From Sulfuricella sp. (GTDB lineage Bacteria > Pseudomonadota > Gammaproteobacteria > Burkholderiales > Sulfuricellaceae): DNA of 40,288 nt. This document shows, piece after piece, positions 38,227 through 40,288 of this stretch (position 1 is the first letter of the stretch; each line of letters begins with the position of its first letter). Location of the stretch: contig JBDKRR010000128.1 of the NCBI GenBank assembly GCA_039683315.1, positions 1-40,288 on the forward strand, read 5' to 3'. The notes below the pieces were generated by a model, which saw only the letters and a program-made list of their open reading frames with translations, did no database searches and was not told the origin of the DNA. The position numbers were made by a program, and so were the translations under genes.

Positions 38227-40288
38227 GTGAATGCCCCGCTGACCCTCACCCTGAATACGGAAGAACTGCTCCGGATCGACGCCTACTGGCGTGCCTGCAA
38301 CTACCTCGCCGCCGGCATGATCTACCTGCGCGACAACCCGTTGCTCAGGGAACCGCTCCAGCCCGAGCACGTCAAGAGTCGCTTGCTGGGACACTGGGGG
38401 TCGAGTCCCGGCCTGGCTTTCGCCTACATCCACCTCAACCGCCTGATCAACAAGTATGACCAGGACGCCATTTTCATGGCCGGGCCCGGCCACGGCGCGC
38501 CGGGAGTGCTGGGGCCGGTCTACCTGGAAGGTACCTACAGCGAGATCTACCCCAACAAGGGCGAGGACGAGGAGGGCATGCGCCAGTTCTTCAAGGAGTT
38601 TTCCTTCCCCGGCGGCATCGGCAGCCACTGCACGCCGGAGACGCCGGGCTCGATCCACGAGGGGGGCGAACTGGGCTACAGCATTTCGCATGCCTTCGGC
38701 GCGGCCTACGACAACCCGGACCTGCTGGTGACGGTGGTGGTGGGCGACGGCGAGTCGGAAACGGCGCCGCTGGCAACGAGCTGGCATTCCAACAAGTTCC
38801 TCAACCCGATCCGCGACGGCGCGGTGCTGCCGATCCTGCATCTCAACGGCTACAAGATCAACAACCCGACCATTCTTTCGCGGATCTCGCACGAGGAGCT
38901 GGAAAACCTGTTCAAGGGCTATGGCTGGACGCCGTATTTCGTCGAGGGCAGCGAACCGGAAACCATGCACCAGACCATGGCCGCCGTCACGGAGCAGTGC
39001 CTGCTGGAAATCCGCCGCATCCAGAGCGAGGCGCGCAGCAGCGGCAAGCCGAACCGCCCGCGCTGGCCGATGATCGTGCTGCGCAGCCCCAAGGGCTGGA
39101 CCGGGCCCAGGGAGGTTGACGGCCACCGGGTGGAAGGTTTCTGGCGCGCGCACCAGGTGCCGATCGGCAACGTGCGCAACGATCCGGCGCATCTGGCCCA
39201 ACTGGAAGCCTGGCTGCGCAGTTACAAACCGGAAGAACTGTTCGACCAGAGCGGCAAGCTGCGGCCCGAACTCAAGGCGCTGGCGCCCAAGGGCATGCGC
39301 CGCATGAGCGCCAACCTACACGCCAACGGCGGCTTGTTGCGCAAGGCGCTGCGCATGCCGGACTATCGCGATTACGCCATCGCCGTCGCCAAGCCGGGCA
39401 CCATGTTGGCCGAGAACACCCGCCCGCTGGGCAAGCTGCTGCGCGATATCATGCGCGACAACATGAGCAATTTCCGTGTTTTCGGCCCGGACGAAAATTC
39501 ATCCAACAAGCTCGACAACATCTATGAAGTGAGCAAGAAGACCTGGCTCGCCGATTACCTGCCGGAAGACGCCGACGGCGGCGAACTGTCACCGGAGGGA
39601 CGGGTGATGGAAATGCTCTCCGAACACACGCTGGAAGGCTGGCTCGAAGGCTACCTGCTGACCGGGCGTCACGGCTTCTTCTCCACCTACGAAGCCTTCG
39701 TTCACGTCATCGATTCCATGTTCAACCAGCACGCCAAGTGGCTCGCCATGTCCAAGGCGGTCCCCTGGCGCGCGCCGGTGTCATCGCTCAACCTGCTGAT
39801 CACCTCGACGGTGTGGCGCCAGGACCACAACGGCTTCACCCACCAGGACCCCGGTTTCCTCGACGTGGTGGTCAACAAGAGCCCGGACGTCACGCGCATC
39901 TACTTGCCGCCCGACGTCAACACCCTGTTGTCGGTTTCGCAGCATTGCCTGGAAAGCACCGACTACATCAACGTGATCGTGTGCGACAAGCAGAAGCATT
40001 TGCAGTTTCTCGACATGGACGCGGCGATCAAGCACTGCAGCAAGGGCATCGGCATCTGGGACTGGGCCAGCAACGACGACGGCGTGGAACCGGACGTGGT
40101 GATGGCCAGCGCCGGCGACGTTCCCACCAAGGAGGCGCTGGCGGCAGTGGTGTTGCTGCGCGAGAATTTCCCCGCGCTCAAAATCCGTTTCGTCAACGTG
40201 GTCGATCTCTACAAGCTGAAGCCCTCCAGCGAGCACCCGCACGGCCTGTCGGACAAGGATTTCGACAGCCTGTTCACGGTGGATAAGC
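38227..40288 (+). CDS. xfp: Phosphoketolase (xylulose-5-P/fructose-6-P), 3' end outside the window
   Basis: Hand translation from GTG at 38227 (AAGGAG site) gives [46 protein letters not shown] and [12 protein letters not shown]. Confidence 0.95.
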   Translation, partial: MNAPLTLTLNTEELLRIDAYWRACNYLAAGMIYLRDNPLLREPLQPEHVKSRLLGHWGSSPGLAFAYIHLNRLINKYDQDAIFMAGPGHGAPGVLGPVYLEGTYSEIYPNKGEDEEGMRQFFKEFSFPGGIGSHCTPETPGSIHEGGELGYSISHAFGAAYDNPDLLVTVVVGDGESETAPLATSWHSNKFLNPIRDGAVLPILHLNGYKINNPTILSRISHEELENLFKGYGWTPYFVEGSEPETMHQTMAAVTEQCLLEIRRIQSEARSSGKPNRPRWPMIVLRSPKGWTGPREVDGHRVEGFWRAHQVPIGNVRNDPAHLAQLEAWLRSYKPEELFDQSGKLRPELKALAPKGMRRMSANLHANGGLLRKALRMPDYRDYAIAVAKPGTMLAENTRPLGKLLRDIMRDNMSNFRVFGPDENSSNKLDNIYEVSKKTWLADYLPEDADGGELSPEGRVMEMLSEHTLEGWLEGYLLTGRHGFFSTYEAFVHVIDSMFNQHAKWLAMSKAVPWRAPVSSLNLLITSTVWRQDHNGFTHQDPGFLDVVVNKSPDVTRIYLPPDVNTLLSVSQHCLESTDYINVIVCDKQKHLQFLDMDAAIKHCSKGIGIWDWASNDDGVEPDVVMASAGDVPTKEALAAVVLLRENFPALKIRFVNVVDLYKLKPSSEHPHGLSDKDFDSLFTVDK

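Overview
This is a high-GC chromosomal region that looks betaproteobacterial. Gene content suggests a Nitrosomonadales sulfur oxidiser of the Sulfuricella/Thiobacillus type, which is an inference. Left to right it holds: (1) an O2-independent ubiquinone operon (yhcC-ubiU-ubiV-ubiT, minus strand); (2) slyB; (3) a NIDO-domain PEP-CTERM gene with a sigma54 promoter and enhancer; (4) a class III ribonucleotide reductase operon with NrdR and FNR-like boxes, whose glycyl-radical domain is a separate 63-aa gene, then nrdG and a Dnr-type regulator; (5) leuA, a TRIC-family gene and a class II cyclic-nucleotide phosphodiesterase; (6) two similar ~535-aa PilZ-like genes flanking the wrbA operon and yihY; (7) a yqhA-tlpA-soxW-like-tolC-MFP operon with no inner-membrane pump; (8) higBA; (9) a cobalamin riboswitch heading a btuB-btuM-cobO-U-T-C-S-cbiB-cobD-cobQ salvage operon, then btuF; (10) a PAS-PAS-GGDEF-EAL gene split by one in-frame stop, behind a REC-PP2C gene; (11) a partial phosphoketolase. 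Three families of short palindromic repeats occur. The most striking unexplained pattern is that all five repeats at junctions inside tightly coupled operons are spanned by an open reading frame joining the upstream gene to the downstream start. No CRISPR array, tRNA, rRNA or transposase was seen. All assignments come from motif recognition by eye, not database searches.
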